Positions 10,218 through 23,768 are shown, counted from the stretch's first letter. The stretch: DNA of 64,000 bases from Gammaproteobacteria bacterium (GCA_965222615.1 CBDCUI010000007.1:512001-576000), one strand, 5' to 3'. Numbers and translations: made by a program. Notes: generated from the letters alone by a model not told the origin.

Positions 10218-11627
10218 CTAATATGCGCTTTTGTTTACAAAGCCTTTGTAGAAAGTTTGTATTGCAATCATGACATCAAACAGTGGCGACCAGTTTTTAA
10301 CATAGTAAAGGTCATGTTCAATTCTTGCTTTTAGATCTGTGTCCCCTCTAAATCCATTCACTTGTGCCCAACCCGTTATGCCACCTTTCATCATATGCTT
10401 TTTCATGTAATCTGGAATTTGTGTTTTAAATTGCTCGATGAATTCAGGACGTTCTGGTCGTGGACCTATGATAGACATGTCACCCTTGAGTACGTTTATA
10501 AACTGAGGCAGTTCATCTAAACTAGTCTTTCTCAGAAATGCACCAAACTTGGTAGCGCGCTGCTCTCCAGGCTGCGCCCATTTAGGGCCGGTTTTTGACT
10601 CCACATCTACAGGCATAGAACGAAACTTCAGCATCGTAAATGGCTTGTTATTCCAGCTGATACGGATTTGTCGATAAAATATAGGCCCTGGCGAGCTTAA
10701 TTTAACCCCTAATGCTAACACCAGAAATAATGGACTGAAGATCATTAAAGCAATGCTAGCTATTATTTTGTCTTCGACATTTTTAACTGTTCGACCAACA
10801 ACTCCATCCATAGGACTGACATCGATATCGAGCAATGGAATGCTGCAAAAATCGGTAAGCGACTTTTCATTATTCTTGATCATATTCAAGTCAACCACAT
10901 AGCGAATACTGACTGTAGAATATTGCATAGATTCAATAACTTGTTTAGCCCTGTTCTCTGCATGCATGGGGTAAGTTATCCAGACTTGATCAATATTATA
11001 TTGAGCCGCAATCTCTTCGATCTGCTTTGCTGAACCGAGACGAGTTAGTTTGATATTTTTATCACTACGTCTCTGCTTTTCTCTGTCATCGACATAACCA
11101 ATAAGTTGAAGCCCAAGTTCTGGACGAGTCTTAATAATACGTAATATATCTCTTGCGGTCGTATGCGTTCCTACAAGTAATATATTTCTTTGGTTAAATC
11201 CAAGTGATCGAATGGATCTCAAAAAATTACGAGTAAAGATTCGTAGTAGAACCTGGAACACTATAGTTAAAGCTAACCAGAAAACTAACCATTTTAAGTT
11301 AGCGACAGAAGTTTCTAAACCAATTACGACTCCCATTACAGCCACACTAACCATCACATAAAGATCAATAATCACAATCAGTAATAACTCTGATCGAAGT
11401 CTGAGATCACGCCATGGCCGATAAAGATTAAATTTCTTTGCAATGATGCAAAAAACCAACAAGGCAATAATAATAAGACTTTTTACAAGCGTGTTTTGTG
11501 TGTAAGCATCATGCGTAGCAGTATAAGCAATTAGCCCAAATGCAATGACAAACAATAAATCAACAAACTTAAATAAAAAGAAGGCAAAGGACGAAAAAAT
11601 CCGGTAGTTTCTGTTATTTATTATCAT
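10218..11627 (-). CDS. wcaJ: Undecaprenyl-phosphate glucose phosphotransferase (priming glycosyltransferase)
   Basis: 4 N-terminal TMs; KFRSM, LRKTSLDELPQFINVLKGDMSIIGPRPERP, GITGWAQVNG. Confidence 0.9.
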   Translation of the reverse strand: MIINNRNYRIFSSFAFFLFKFVDLLFVIAFGLIAYTATHDAYTQNTLVKSLIIIALLVFCIIAKKFNLYRPWRDLRLRSELLLIVIIDLYVMVSVAVMGVVIGLETSVANLKWLVFWLALTIVFQVLLRIFTRNFLRSIRSLGFNQRNILLVGTHTTARDILRIIKTRPELGLQLIGYVDDREKQRRSDKNIKLTRLGSAKQIEEIAAQYNIDQVWITYPMHAENRAKQVIESMQYSTVSIRYVVDLNMIKNNEKSLTDFCSIPLLDIDVSPMDGVVGRTVKNVEDKIIASIALMIFSPLFLVLALGVKLSSPGPIFYRQIRISWNNKPFTMLKFRSMPVDVESKTGPKWAQPGEQRATKFGAFLRKTSLDELPQFINVLKGDMSIIGPRPERPEFIEQFKTQIPDYMKKHMMKGGITGWAQVNGFRGDTDLKARIEHDLYYVKNWSPLFDVMIAIQTFYKGFVNKSAY

Positions 11628-11921
11628 GGCATAAGGCCTATATATAATTCTTGATTATATAAAGCGAGTCACAGAAATACTGAACCGCTTATTATTAGTT
11701 ATATCAACTATTTAGTATTATTAATAATGATGAATTGTAAACAATTAGATGTAATCTACAAATATAGATACATGGTATTTGTAAAAGCCAAGTTATACAA
11801 CCACAAAAATACCGTCTACATTGTACCTAAACTTTCAGTGAGTTACTGAGCATAGGCAGCAGAAAAATTACACTAAAGCTATAAAAGACCTGGTTGATAG
11901 CTCCATAATTTGCCATAGGCT

Positions 11922-12890
11922 TCAAGATGTGCGCATGACCGCAAATTCAGTCAACTCAATCAGGGCATCACGATACTGGCTATCGGACAATTGTTCTATT
12001 TGCTGCTTGGCAATTAAAGCATGCTGAGTAGCAATTTTTTCCGTGTAGTCAATAGCGCCGGTTGATTTAATTGCCGACAAAATTTCTTGTAAATGATCCC
12101 CCCCACCGTTGATTATGGCATCTTGGATTAATGCTGCAATTGAACCATTGCTGTGTTGATATGCATAGATGAGTGGTAATGTAGGTTTACCTTCAGTCAA
12201 ATCGTCACCAAGATTTTTACCCATTTCTTCAGCTGATGATTGGTAATCTAACACATCATCTTTAATTTGAAATGCAGTGCCAATATGCTTCCCATACGTC
12301 ACACAGGCATTTTCGATATCTGGCGATTGCTTAGCGATTAAAGCACCAAGCTGACACGAAGCTTCAAATAATTTTGCAGTTTTAGATTGAATGACATTCA
12401 TGTAGCGTTCTTCTGTGGTTTCAGGGTCATTACAATTTAACAACTGCATCACTTCACCTTCAGCAATTGTATTCGAAGCATGCGCAAGAATTTCCATTAC
12501 GCGCATCTCTCCCACATCAACCATCATTTCAAATGATCTTGAAAATACAAAATCTCCCACCAAAACTGTAGATTCATTGCCCCAGATCGAATTTGCGGTT
12601 TCACTACCACGACGCATACTAGAATCATCAACGACATCGTCATGCAATAATGTTGCAGTGTGAATGAACTCGATGATGGCCGCGAGTAAATGATGCTTGT
12701 TTCCTGTGTAGCCACAGGCCCTCGCACACAAAATTGCCAGCATCGGGCGTAAGCGCTTACCGCCGCTATTAATAATATAGTTAGCCATTTGGTTGATGAG
12801 TAGAACTTCAGAATGCAGGTATCGCCGAATTACCGCATTCACCCCTTGCATATCCTCAGCCACTAAATCTTGTACAGCTCGAAAATCCAT
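11922..12890 (-). CDS. ispB: Octaprenyl diphosphate synthase
   Basis: GGKRLRP, LLHDDVVD and KDDVLD aspartate-rich motifs; divergent from rplU. Confidence 0.97.
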   Translation of the reverse strand: MDFRAVQDLVAEDMQGVNAVIRRYLHSEVLLINQMANYIINSGGKRLRPMLAILCARACGYTGNKHHLLAAIIEFIHTATLLHDDVVDDSSMRRGSETANSIWGNESTVLVGDFVFSRSFEMMVDVGEMRVMEILAHASNTIAEGEVMQLLNCNDPETTEERYMNVIQSKTAKLFEASCQLGALIAKQSPDIENACVTYGKHIGTAFQIKDDVLDYQSSAEEMGKNLGDDLTEGKPTLPLIYAYQHSNGSIAALIQDAIINGGGDHLQEILSAIKSTGAIDYTEKIATQHALIAKQQIEQLSDSQYRDALIELTEFAVMRTS

Positions 12891-12967
12891 TCTTATTCGC
12901 TTTATATTATTTTAACCAATTTAAGCCTTTATTTTAGTGAGGTCATACAATTCAATAGCTGAACTCA

Positions 12968-12996
12968 TTGACCCTAACACACCTGCTCGTTAGAAT
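12968..12996 (+). promoter_or_regulatory. sigma70 promoter of rplU-rpmA
   Basis: TTGACC-N17-TAGAAT, 38 bp upstream of rplU GTG; SD GGAGA. Confidence 0.75.
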
Positions 12997-13033
12997 TGCG
13001 CCTCTTTTGCTTCCCATACTCTGGAGAATATAG

Positions 13034-13345
13034 GTGTACGCAATCATCGCCACCGGCGGCAAACAATACCGTGTCCAACAAGGGGACCACATTAAAATCG
13101 AGAAACTTGCTGGGGATCCTGGCGACAAAATCGAGTTTGATCAAGTCTTATTATTGGCAGACGGTGAAGAGGTAACTATTGGTACCCCTTATGTAGAAGG
13201 CAGCAAAGTCACGGCTGAAGTCGAAGAACAAGCGCGTGGTAAAAAGATTGAAATAATCAAATTTAAGCGCCGTAAACACCATATGAAGCGTTTGGGACAC
13301 AGGCAGTACTATACACAGGTAAAGATTACTGATATTTCTAAGTAA
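13034..13345 (+). CDS. rplU: 50S ribosomal protein L21
   Basis: MYAIIATGGKQYRV...GHRQYYT. Confidence 0.99.
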   Translation: MYAIIATGGKQYRVQQGDHIKIEKLAGDPGDKIEFDQVLLLADGEEVTIGTPYVEGSKVTAEVEEQARGKKIEIIKFKRRKHHMKRLGHRQYYTQVKITDISK

Positions 13346-13368
13346 TATGATTTTTATAAGGATCTGCA

Positions 13369-13629
13369 ATGGCACATAAAAAAGCTGGCGGTAGTACGCG
13401 TAACGGGCGAGATTCAGAATCCAAACGTCTAGGTGTTAAACGCTTTGGTGGTGAACAAGTCCGAGCTGGAAATATTATTGTTCGTCAACGAGGCACACAA
13501 GTTCACGCAGGCGAAAATGTCGGCTGCGGGAAAGACCATACCTTATTTGCTACAGCAGACGGGTGTGTTGTATTTGAAACAAAGGGACCAAAAAACAGAA
13601 AATACGTGCGTATCGAAACGATGCACTGA
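13369..13629 (+). CDS. rpmA: 50S ribosomal protein L27
   Basis: [22 protein letters not shown]. Confidence 0.99.
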   Translation: MAHKKAGGSTRNGRDSESKRLGVKRFGGEQVRAGNIIVRQRGTQVHAGENVGCGKDHTLFATADGCVVFETKGPKNRKYVRIETMH

Positions 13630-13654
13630 AGCTTTTGAATAATAATTTTATTAG

Positions 13655-13682
13655 AAGCCCCGCATCGTCGGGGCTTTTTTTT
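13655..13682 (+). terminator. Rho-independent terminator after rpmA
   Basis: AAGCCCCG-CATCGT-CGGGGCTT followed by a T run. Confidence 0.9.
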
Positions 13683-13743
13683 GCGAGTTTTACTTACAAA
13701 ATTAAAGAGGTTCTAATTTATTATGAGATTAAGCAAATCAGTT

Positions 13744-16015
<2,272 letters not shown>

Positions 16016-16036
16016 AAAATCTGTTCTAAACAATTC

Positions 16037-16173
16037 TTAAAGAAGCTCTGATTTATTAATGAAATGACTGAGGTTAGACAAAAAATGTTGAGAAAGCGGA
16101 GTGTATATGCCAATACATGAGTATTTCGAGACATTTTTTAACGACATCTCAGAATAAATCAGAGTTTCCTTAA
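16037..16173 (+). mobile_element. MITE/ERIC-RPE-like palindromic element, copy B
   Basis: TTAAAGAAGCTCTGATTTATT...AATAAATCAGAGTTTCCTTAA, 19/21 terminal IR, between convergent proB and rpsT. Confidence 0.9.
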
Positions 16174-16182
16174 ATCGTTAGG

Positions 16183-16443
16183 TTACATTGCCTTGATGCG
16201 TGCATTAAGCCGACTCTTATGACGAGCGGCCTTATTGGCATGAATGAGTTTTTTGTTAACGGCTGCATCAATCACCGGGACCGCCGATTTATACGCCGCT
16301 GCAGCCTCTTCTTTATTGCCAGCACTAATAGACTTCACCACTGCCTTAATTTTAGTGCGCAAATTTGAACGCTGGCTGGCATTCAGCTGACGATTTTTTA
16401 CAGCCTGTCGAGCCCGTTTTCTAGCTGATGCAATATTAGCCAA
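16183..16443 (-). CDS. rpsT: 30S ribosomal protein S20
   Basis: [13 protein letters not shown]...[13 protein letters not shown] start. Confidence 0.99.
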   Translation of the reverse strand: MANIASARKRARQAVKNRQLNASQRSNLRTKIKAVVKSISAGNKEEAAAAYKSAVPVIDAAVNKKLIHANKAARHKSRLNARIKAM

Positions 16444-16492
16444 TGCGATGTCCTATTTTTCTCTTGTCAAAGTTCTAGCCATAGGGCCGCGT

Positions 16493-16521
16493 ACTATGGT
16501 AGTAAGATACAAAAATGTCAA
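16493..16521 (-). promoter_or_regulatory. sigma70 promoter of rpsT
   Basis: Minus strand TTGACA-N17-CATAGT followed by GC-rich discriminator ACGCGGCCC. Confidence 0.55.
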
Positions 16522-16557
16522 CCTTCGCAACTATTATCTCACCTCACCTATATAGAT

Positions 16558-18120
16558 ATGGCCGAACATAAAGCCTTATTTAAATCTACGGCCGTAATCA
16601 GCGTAATGACCTTTATCTCAAGGATATTCGGCTATATCCGTGATGCCGTTATTTTTATTTTTTTAGGAGCTACGGGTAGTACGGATGCTTTTTTTGTGGC
16701 CTTTCGTATCCCCAATTTTCTACGTAGATTATTCGCCGAAGGCGCTTTTTCACAGGCATTTGTTCCGGTTTTGTCCGAATATAAGGAGAAGCGTTCTAGA
16801 CAAGAACTACAAACATTAATCAATCACGTCTCCGGCATGCTAGGTCTGCTGCTGGTTTTTCTAAGTATTTTGGGCGTAATTCTTGCACCTATACTTATAT
16901 ATGTATTTGCACCAGGGTTTGTCGATGAGCAAGATCGCTATGATTTAGCCACCCAGATGCTGCGTATCACATTCCCCTATATATTATTTATATCACTGAC
17001 TGCCTTATCTGGGAGTATTCTAAACACCTTTAATCGATTTGCAGTTCCGGCATTCACGCCCACTTTCCTGAATTTGTCATTGATTGCTGCAACCCTGTGG
17101 CTAGCTCCGAAATTTGAACAACCGGTTATCGCTTTAGCATGGGGGGTATTTATTGCAGGGATCATTCAATTGTTATTTCAAATTCCTTTTTTATATAAAT
17201 TGGGTGTGTTACCTAAGTTTTCTTTGCATGGCGCAAAAGAAGGGGTGAGAAAAATAATACGCTTAATGCTACCCGCGATATTTGGCTCTTCTGTTGTACA
17301 GATTAATCTACTAATTAATACATTGATCGCTTCATTCTTAGCCGTAGGTAGCATAAGCTGGCTATATATTTCTGATCGCTTTGTTGAACTACCGCTAGCA
17401 ATATTTGGGGTGGCCACCGCCACAATCATTTTGCCAAGGTTATCCAAACAATTCGTCAATCAATCAGAATCCGGTTTTAATAAAACACTTGATTGGGCAT
17501 TACGTATATCGATAGTAATTGCCATACCGGCTATGCTTGGGCTCATCATTTTGGCCAAACCTATTCTTACCTCTTTAATTCAGTATCGAGAATTTACAGC
17601 CACGGATACTACTATGGCTGCATTTAGTTTAATGACTTACGCGTTTGGGCTTCCTGCATTTATACTCATTAAAGTATTAGCTCCAGGGTTTTATTCACGC
17701 CAAGATACCAAAACACCGGTAAAGATTGGTGTGATAGCAATGTTCTGTAATATTGCATTGAATTTAATTTTCATTTGGGCGTGGATCCATTGGCAATGGA
17801 AGGGACCTCACGCGGCTTTGGCATTGGCGACATCTTTATCTGCTTACATCAATGCTACGCTCTTATTTAAAAAACTTAAAAATTCGACCTCCATCACCTT
17901 ACAAGCTGGCTGGCCAAAATATATGTCTCAAATACTAATTGCTACCGCTATCATGACAGCTGTATTGCTATTCGTGCTGCCAGTTTCTAGTCAATGGCTT
18001 GCATGGAACGGGTTGGAGCGCATCGGCGCACTTCTAGGCTTTATGCTACTAGGGGCAGTGCTGTATATTGGCGCGTTGATTATTTTAGGAGTTAGAAAAG
18101 ATAACTTTGTTCTCAAATAG
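16558..18120 (+). CDS. murJ: Lipid II flippase MurJ (MviN)
   Basis: SRIFGYIRD, AFRIPNFLRRLFAEGAFSQAFVP, RQDTKTPV. Confidence 0.98.
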   Translation: MAEHKALFKSTAVISVMTFISRIFGYIRDAVIFIFLGATGSTDAFFVAFRIPNFLRRLFAEGAFSQAFVPVLSEYKEKRSRQELQTLINHVSGMLGLLLVFLSILGVILAPILIYVFAPGFVDEQDRYDLATQMLRITFPYILFISLTALSGSILNTFNRFAVPAFTPTFLNLSLIAATLWLAPKFEQPVIALAWGVFIAGIIQLLFQIPFLYKLGVLPKFSLHGAKEGVRKIIRLMLPAIFGSSVVQINLLINTLIASFLAVGSISWLYISDRFVELPLAIFGVATATIILPRLSKQFVNQSESGFNKTLDWALRISIVIAIPAMLGLIILAKPILTSLIQYREFTATDTTMAAFSLMTYAFGLPAFILIKVLAPGFYSRQDTKTPVKIGVIAMFCNIALNLIFIWAWIHWQWKGPHAALALATSLSAYINATLLFKKLKNSTSITLQAGWPKYMSQILIATAIMTAVLLFVLPVSSQWLAWNGLERIGALLGFMLLGAVLYIGALIILGVRKDNFVLK

Positions 18121-18122
18121 CC

Positions 18123-18257
18123 AATGAATTTCTGATTTATTCTGATATGTCGTTAAAATGATTTCTCAAAATACTCATGTATATATAAATACACTCCGTT
18201 TTTTCGAAATTATTTTGCCTAATCTCAGTCATTTCATTAATAAATCAGAACTTCATT
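18123..18257 (-). mobile_element. MITE/ERIC-RPE-like palindromic element, copy C (inverted)
   Basis: AATGAATTTCTGATTTATT...AATAAATCAGAACTTCATT, 18/19 IR; interior is the reverse complement of copy B. Confidence 0.9.
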
Positions 18258-18276
18258 TAGTACTTTAAATGCTGAT

Positions 18277-19209
18277 ATGAAACTAATACGAGACATACAC
18301 CGTAAACCAGATGTTGCTCATAATGTGGTTGCAACGATTGGTAACTTCGATGGAGTCCACCTTGGTCATCAAGCGGTATTGGAAAAAATTCTAGATAAGA
18401 GCAAGTCCTTAAATTTACCTTCGATGTTAATCGCATTTGAACCTTCGGCAAAAGAATTTTTTCTTAGAGATAATGCACCAGCGCGTCTTACAAATTTTCG
18501 AGATAAATTTACGATCATCAAAGATCTTGGAATAGACCAGTTTGTATGCTTGCGTTTTAATCAAAATCTAGCAAACATAGCTGCCGAAGATTTTATTAAG
18601 GATATTTTGATCGAAAATTTATGTGTAAAATACTTGACAGTTGGCGATAATTTCCGCTTTGGAAAAGGTCGTAAAGGTGATTTTGCATTACTACAAAAGT
18701 CAGCAAATCGATTTGATTTTGAAGTCGAGAATACCGAAAGTTACCTTATAAATAACAAGCGCGTCAGTAGCTCATCTATACGAGATCATCTTGCAAATGG
18801 AAATCTAGCCGACGCCGAGAAATTACTTGGACGTAACTATAGTATGTCAGGCCGCGTGATTCATGGAGACAAAAAAGGCCGCACGATAGGCTTTCCAACT
18901 GCTAATATTCCACTAAAAAGGCGTATTTCACCCATTAATGGTGTATTTGCAGTAAAGATAAAAATTGAAAACAGCTTGGAAAAAATTGGTGTTGCAAATA
19001 TAGGACATCGCCCAACAGTTAATGGCACCCGCACCCAACTCGAAGTTAATATATTCGATTTTTCCCAAAATATATATGGCAAACACTTAACAGTTTATTT
19101 TTGCAAAAAGCTAAGACCTGAAAAGAAGTTTGCAAGCTTTGATGCATTAAAAAAACAAATACAAATCGATGCTGGTCACGCACAAGATTATTTTAAAGAT
19201 GCTGCATAG
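18277..19209 (+). CDS. ribF: Bifunctional riboflavin kinase/FAD synthetase
   Basis: IGNFDGVHLGHQ, VSSSSIR, GRTIGFPTAN. Confidence 0.98.
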   Translation: MKLIRDIHRKPDVAHNVVATIGNFDGVHLGHQAVLEKILDKSKSLNLPSMLIAFEPSAKEFFLRDNAPARLTNFRDKFTIIKDLGIDQFVCLRFNQNLANIAAEDFIKDILIENLCVKYLTVGDNFRFGKGRKGDFALLQKSANRFDFEVENTESYLINNKRVSSSSIRDHLANGNLADAEKLLGRNYSMSGRVIHGDKKGRTIGFPTANIPLKRRISPINGVFAVKIKIENSLEKIGVANIGHRPTVNGTRTQLEVNIFDFSQNIYGKHLTVYFCKKLRPEKKFASFDALKKQIQIDAGHAQDYFKDAA

Positions 19210-19232
19210 TTTTTCGCTAGAGATAAATAAAC

Positions 19233-22091
19233 ATGAACGACTATAAAAGCACTTTAAATCTTCCAAAAACTTCTTTTCCAATGAAAGGCAACCTTGCACA
19301 ACGCGAACCAGTGATGTTAAAGCAATGGCAAGATAAAAATATCTATCAACAAATAAGAAAAGCACGCGAAGGTGCCCGAAAAGAGGGTAAGATATTTATT
19401 CTGCATGATGGTCCTCCTTATGCAAATGGTGACATTCATATTGGTCATGCGGTAAACAAAATCCTTAAAGACATCATTATCAAGAGCAAAACCCTTTCGG
19501 GTTTTGATGCGCCATATGTGCCTGGTTGGGATTGCCATGGCCTACCCATTGAACATCAAGTTGAGAAAAAGATTGGCAAGGCCGGCACTAAAAAGACACA
19601 CAAAGAATTTCGTAATGCTTGCAGAGAATTTGCCAACAAACAAATTGATAAACAGCGTAAAGATTTCATACGACTTGGAGTATTTGGTGAATGGGATGAA
19701 CCTTACCGCAGTATGGATTTCAAATTTGAAGCCGATATTGTTCGCGCCCTTGGCAAAATTTATGCAAAGGGACATATCGTTAGAGGATTTAAACCTGTTT
19801 ATTGGAGTGTCGTCGGCGCATCGGCATTGGCTGAAGCCGAAGTGGAATACCAGGATAAAACCTCTTTCGCAATTGATGTCAAGTTTAGTATTGGTGAAAA
19901 TGAAAGACAGAAACTGTTAAATTCATTTGACAACCATATTCTTAATAATCTTGACGAAATATCGATAGTGATTTGGACTACAACTCCTTGGACCCTACCA
20001 GCGAATCAAGCCGTATCACTACACCCAGAATTAGATTATGTTCTTATAGAAAGTAAAAAAAATAATAATTTTGAATGGCTGATTCTTGCAAACGACCTGC
20101 TCAAAACGTGTATGGATCGATACAATGTAGATAACTATACAATTCTAAGTAAATGCAAAGGTAGGGATCTAGAACACCTCAAACTACAGCATCCTTTCTA
20201 TGACAAGACTGTACCAATTATTCTTGGTGAACATGTAACCACTGAAACTGGTACTGGTGCAGTGCATACAGCTCCTGATCACGGTATAGAAGACTTTGTG
20301 ATCGGTAAAAAATATGGAATCGGCACATTAAATCTCGTAGATGATCATGGTGTGTTCAATGAGAAAACCGAACTATTTGCTGGCGAACATGTATATAAAG
20401 TTGATGAAAAAATTATTGATACTTTAGCAAGTAAAAATAAATTGCTACATCAAGAGAAATTTGAACATAGTTTCCCGCATTGTTGGCGCACTAAAACCCC
20501 TTTAATTTACCGCGCTACCCCTCAATGGTTCATCAGTATGCATGCCAATAACTTATTAGGAAACGTCAACCAACAAATAAATCAAGTGAAATGGATTCCT
20601 GATTGGGGCCAAGCCCGTATCAGCAGCATGCTTGCAAGTAGCCCGGACTGGTGTATCTCTCGCCAACGCACTTGGGGAGTTCCCATTACATTTTTTGTCG
20701 ATAAAAAAACCGAAACCCCCCATCCTAATACTACGGAGCTAATTGAAAAAGTTGCTGAAAAAATAGAACAACAAGGTATGGATGCCTGGTATGAGTCGGA
20801 TGCAACAGAGTTGCTGGGGAAAGACGCCGATAAATATAAAAAGGTTACCGATACGTTAGACGTGTGGTTTGATTCTGGTGTCACTCATTATGCCGTGGCC
20901 CAACAGAGATTAGGGATAAATTTAGAACAAAACCAACAGGTGGACTTATATCTTGAAGGTTCCGATCAACATCGCGGCTGGTTTCAGTCTTCATTGAAAA
21001 CTTCCGTAGCGATGTATGAGATTGCACCGTATAGAGAAGTACTCACCCACGGATTTACCGTTGATGCCGAAGGTAAAAAAATGTCTAAATCTTTAGGCAA
21101 TGTAGTGGCACCACAAAAGATTTGTAACTCACTTGGTGCTGATGTTCTACGTCTTTGGGTCGCTGCAACCGATTACAGTGGGGAGTTAAATGTATCAGAA
21201 GAAATTTTAAATCGAACTTCCGATGCTTACAGGCGTATACGCAATACAATCCGTTATTTGCTTTCAAACTTAGATGGATTTAACCCCACAAACGATGTAG
21301 TCGCAGCTAAGGAGATGATTGCTCTCGATTACTGGATTGTATGGAAGACTAAGCAACTTCAAAATCTCATATTGCAACACTATGAAAACTATCAGTTTCA
21401 TAAAATTTATACCCTTATCCATAATTTTTGCGTATTGGAGCTGGGCAGTGACTATTTAGATATCATTAAAGATCGACAATACACCACTCAAAAAAATAGT
21501 ACTGCACGCAAGTCTGCACAAACAGCGATGTTTCATATTGCCGAAGCATTGGTTCGTTGGATCGCTCCAATATTAAGTTTTACTGCAGAAGAAGCCTGGC
21601 AATATCTGCCCGGTGAACGAGGAGAAACGATCTTTACTCAATCTTGGTATAACTTGGACAATTTTAGTAATAATGGCGAAATCGACGCTGCAGACTGGAA
21701 TGGAATGCTTGAAACTAGAGAGAAAATCAGTAAAGAACTTGAAACACTACGCAACTCAAAAGAAATAGGCTCCTCACTTGATGCCGAGGTACAAATCTGG
21801 CAAGCGCCTAATTATTTAAATAAAGTGAAAAATGACGAGTTACGTTTTGTATTTATTACTTCATATGCCGATATTATTGATAACGGTGCGCCTCCTAATA
21901 CGGCAAAAAAATTCACTAACGCAGACGGTACTGAATACTTTGTTACAGTAATGAAATCCAAACATCAAAAATGTATTCGTTGTTGGCATCATCGCGAAGA
22001 TGTAGGCCAAGACAGCAAACATCCGGAATTATGTAGTCGTTGTGTAACAAATTTACCCGAGGGTTTAGGTGAAAAGCGTCTTTATGCATAA
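19233..22091 (+). CDS. ileS: Isoleucine--tRNA ligase (type 1)
   Basis: HIGH and KMSKS motifs, [11 protein letters not shown]-terminal KCIRCW...CSRC zinc finger. Confidence 0.99.
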   Translation: MNDYKSTLNLPKTSFPMKGNLAQREPVMLKQWQDKNIYQQIRKAREGARKEGKIFILHDGPPYANGDIHIGHAVNKILKDIIIKSKTLSGFDAPYVPGWDCHGLPIEHQVEKKIGKAGTKKTHKEFRNACREFANKQIDKQRKDFIRLGVFGEWDEPYRSMDFKFEADIVRALGKIYAKGHIVRGFKPVYWSVVGASALAEAEVEYQDKTSFAIDVKFSIGENERQKLLNSFDNHILNNLDEISIVIWTTTPWTLPANQAVSLHPELDYVLIESKKNNNFEWLILANDLLKTCMDRYNVDNYTILSKCKGRDLEHLKLQHPFYDKTVPIILGEHVTTETGTGAVHTAPDHGIEDFVIGKKYGIGTLNLVDDHGVFNEKTELFAGEHVYKVDEKIIDTLASKNKLLHQEKFEHSFPHCWRTKTPLIYRATPQWFISMHANNLLGNVNQQINQVKWIPDWGQARISSMLASSPDWCISRQRTWGVPITFFVDKKTETPHPNTTELIEKVAEKIEQQGMDAWYESDATELLGKDADKYKKVTDTLDVWFDSGVTHYAVAQQRLGINLEQNQQVDLYLEGSDQHRGWFQSSLKTSVAMYEIAPYREVLTHGFTVDAEGKKMSKSLGNVVAPQKICNSLGADVLRLWVAATDYSGELNVSEEILNRTSDAYRRIRNTIRYLLSNLDGFNPTNDVVAAKEMIALDYWIVWKTKQLQNLILQHYENYQFHKIYTLIHNFCVLELGSDYLDIIKDRQYTTQKNSTARKSAQTAMFHIAEALVRWIAPILSFTAEEAWQYLPGERGETIFTQSWYNLDNFSNNGEIDAADWNGMLETREKISKELETLRNSKEIGSSLDAEVQIWQAPNYLNKVKNDELRFVFITSYADIIDNGAPPNTAKKFTNADGTEYFVTVMKSKHQKCIRCWHHREDVGQDSKHPELCSRCVTNLPEGLGEKRLYA

Positions 22092-22126
22092 GCTTTTTTC
22101 AATAGACCCAATAACACTTTGTCCCA

Positions 22127-22266
22127 TGTCATCGCGAGAAGCGAAGCGACGTGGCGATCCATTAAAGACTAGTAATACTAAAGTATTCCATTACATCAAC
22201 CATGATGAAAAACTTATTCGTACTTCCTCGTGCTCTCTGGATTGCTTCACTACGTTCGCAATGACG
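22127..22266. repeat. Inverted doublet of GTC-tagged REP-like palindromes (REPIN-like)
   Basis: TGTCATCGCGAGAAGCGAAGCGACGTGGCGATCCA (22127-22161) and CTGGATTGCTTCACTACGTTCGCAATGACG (22237-22266); the second matches 47313-47341 at 28/29 nt. Confidence 0.85.
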
Positions 22267-22298
22267 AATGGTGTGCCCATTTAAATAGGGTGAGAGAA

Positions 22299-22823
22299 AT
22301 GAGTAGTGCCACAATGCTTAAATGGCTTTGGTTAACTTTGCTTGTGGTTGTATTAGACCAAGCCAGCAAACAAGCTGCGGTGCAATTACTAGCTCCCCAT
22401 GAGCCTCATGCGTTTCTGCCTTTTTTTAATTTCACTTTAACTTTCAATAAGGGTGCTGCATTTAGTTTTTTGAGCACTGCGGGAGGTTGGCAACGCTGGT
22501 TTTTCACAGCTTTAGCTATAGGAGTAAGCATTTTTATTTTTTTCTGGTTAAAGAAACTCACTGCAAAAGAGAGGTTACTTGCAGCTAGTTTGTCATTAAT
22601 ATTAGGTGGTGCAATCGGTAATGTGATTGACCGTAGCCTTTATGGCCATGTTATCGATTTCATTGATTGGTTTTATCATTCCAGCACAAAGTGTCTACCT
22701 TTTTTCTATCAGGTAAATCAGGCAACATGTCATTGGCCAACTTTTAATTTAGCGGACTCAGCAATTTTTCTAGGAGCCGTGTTGATGATCATTCAAGCAG
22801 TTTTCAATAAAGAGAACCTCTGA
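22299..22823 (+). CDS. lspA: Lipoprotein signal peptidase II
   Basis: LDQASK, NKGAAFSF, GAIGNVIDR, VIDFI, FNLADSAI; start moved from 22230 (inside the repeat) to ATG 22299. Confidence 0.95.
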   Translation: MSSATMLKWLWLTLLVVVLDQASKQAAVQLLAPHEPHAFLPFFNFTLTFNKGAAFSFLSTAGGWQRWFFTALAIGVSIFIFFWLKKLTAKERLLAASLSLILGGAIGNVIDRSLYGHVIDFIDWFYHSSTKCLPFFYQVNQATCHWPTFNLADSAIFLGAVLMIIQAVFNKENL

Positions 22824-22835
22824 GGAAATTGGATA

Positions 22836-23768
22836 GTGGAAGTTTTACTCGCAAATCCGCGTGGTTTTTGTGCTGGTGTCGATCGTGCTATCGAAATTGT
22901 CGAACGTGCTCTACAGCTGTTTGGTGCACCGATTTATGTACGCCATGAAGTTGTACACAATAAATTTGTTGTTGACGACCTTAGACAAAAGGGCGCGGTA
23001 TTTGTAGATGAATTAAACGAGGTGCCCGATGGCGCTACCGTAATTTTCAGTGCCCATGGGGTTTCCAAGGCAGTACAAAATGAAGCAGCAAATCGAGACG
23101 TAAAGGTATTTGATGCCACCTGCCCATTAGTAACCAAAGTGCATTTAGAGGTAGCTCGTTATAGTCAAAAAGGTTTAGATACCATCTTAATTGGACATAA
23201 AGGTCACCCTGAAGTGGAAGGCACCATGGGTCAATATGACGAGTCTTTTGGTGGTGCCATTCATTTAGTTGAAAATGTAGATGACGTAAAAAAACTTAAG
23301 GTCAAACAAAAAAACAAAACCGCTTTTGTCACACAAACAACTTTATCGGTGGACGACACCAGTGACGTCATCGATGCACTTCGGCAACGCTTTCCAAACA
23401 TCATTGGTCCAAAAAAAGACGATATTTGTTATGCAACACAAAATAGACAAGATGCCGTGAAAAAACTTGTCGAAAAATGCGATTTGTTATTAGTGATTGG
23501 CTCTAAAAGCAGTTCCAACTCCAATCGCCTGCGAGAAATTGCCGATAAAAATAAAATTGAAGCACATTTAATTGATGGGCCAGAATATATTCAAGATTCG
23601 TGGCTAGAAAATAAAAAAACTGTTGGCGTCACTGCCGGCGCATCTGCACCCGAAGTGCTAGTGCAACGCGTTATAAAACATTTAAAAGAAAAAGAAAAAG
23701 CAGTGATTACTGAAGAACTAGGTAAATCTGAAAATGTAGTCTTCCCGTTACCAAAGATATTTAGATAG
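22836..23768 (+). CDS. ispH: 4-hydroxy-3-methylbut-2-enyl diphosphate reductase
   Basis: [31 protein letters not shown]. Confidence 0.99.
   Translation: MEVLLANPRGFCAGVDRAIEIVERALQLFGAPIYVRHEVVHNKFVVDDLRQKGAVFVDELNEVPDGATVIFSAHGVSKAVQNEAANRDVKVFDATCPLVTKVHLEVARYSQKGLDTILIGHKGHPEVEGTMGQYDESFGGAIHLVENVDDVKKLKVKQKNKTAFVTQTTLSVDDTSDVIDALRQRFPNIIGPKKDDICYATQNRQDAVKKLVEKCDLLLVIGSKSSSNSNRLREIADKNKIEAHLIDGPEYIQDSWLENKKTVGVTAGASAPEVLVQRVIKHLKEKEKAVITEELGKSENVVFPLPKIFR

Noticed and set aside
22069-22298. ORF 22069..22284 and the 23-aa N-terminal extension of lspA
   Set aside because: Both are translations of the REP doublet; lspA has a better start at 22299
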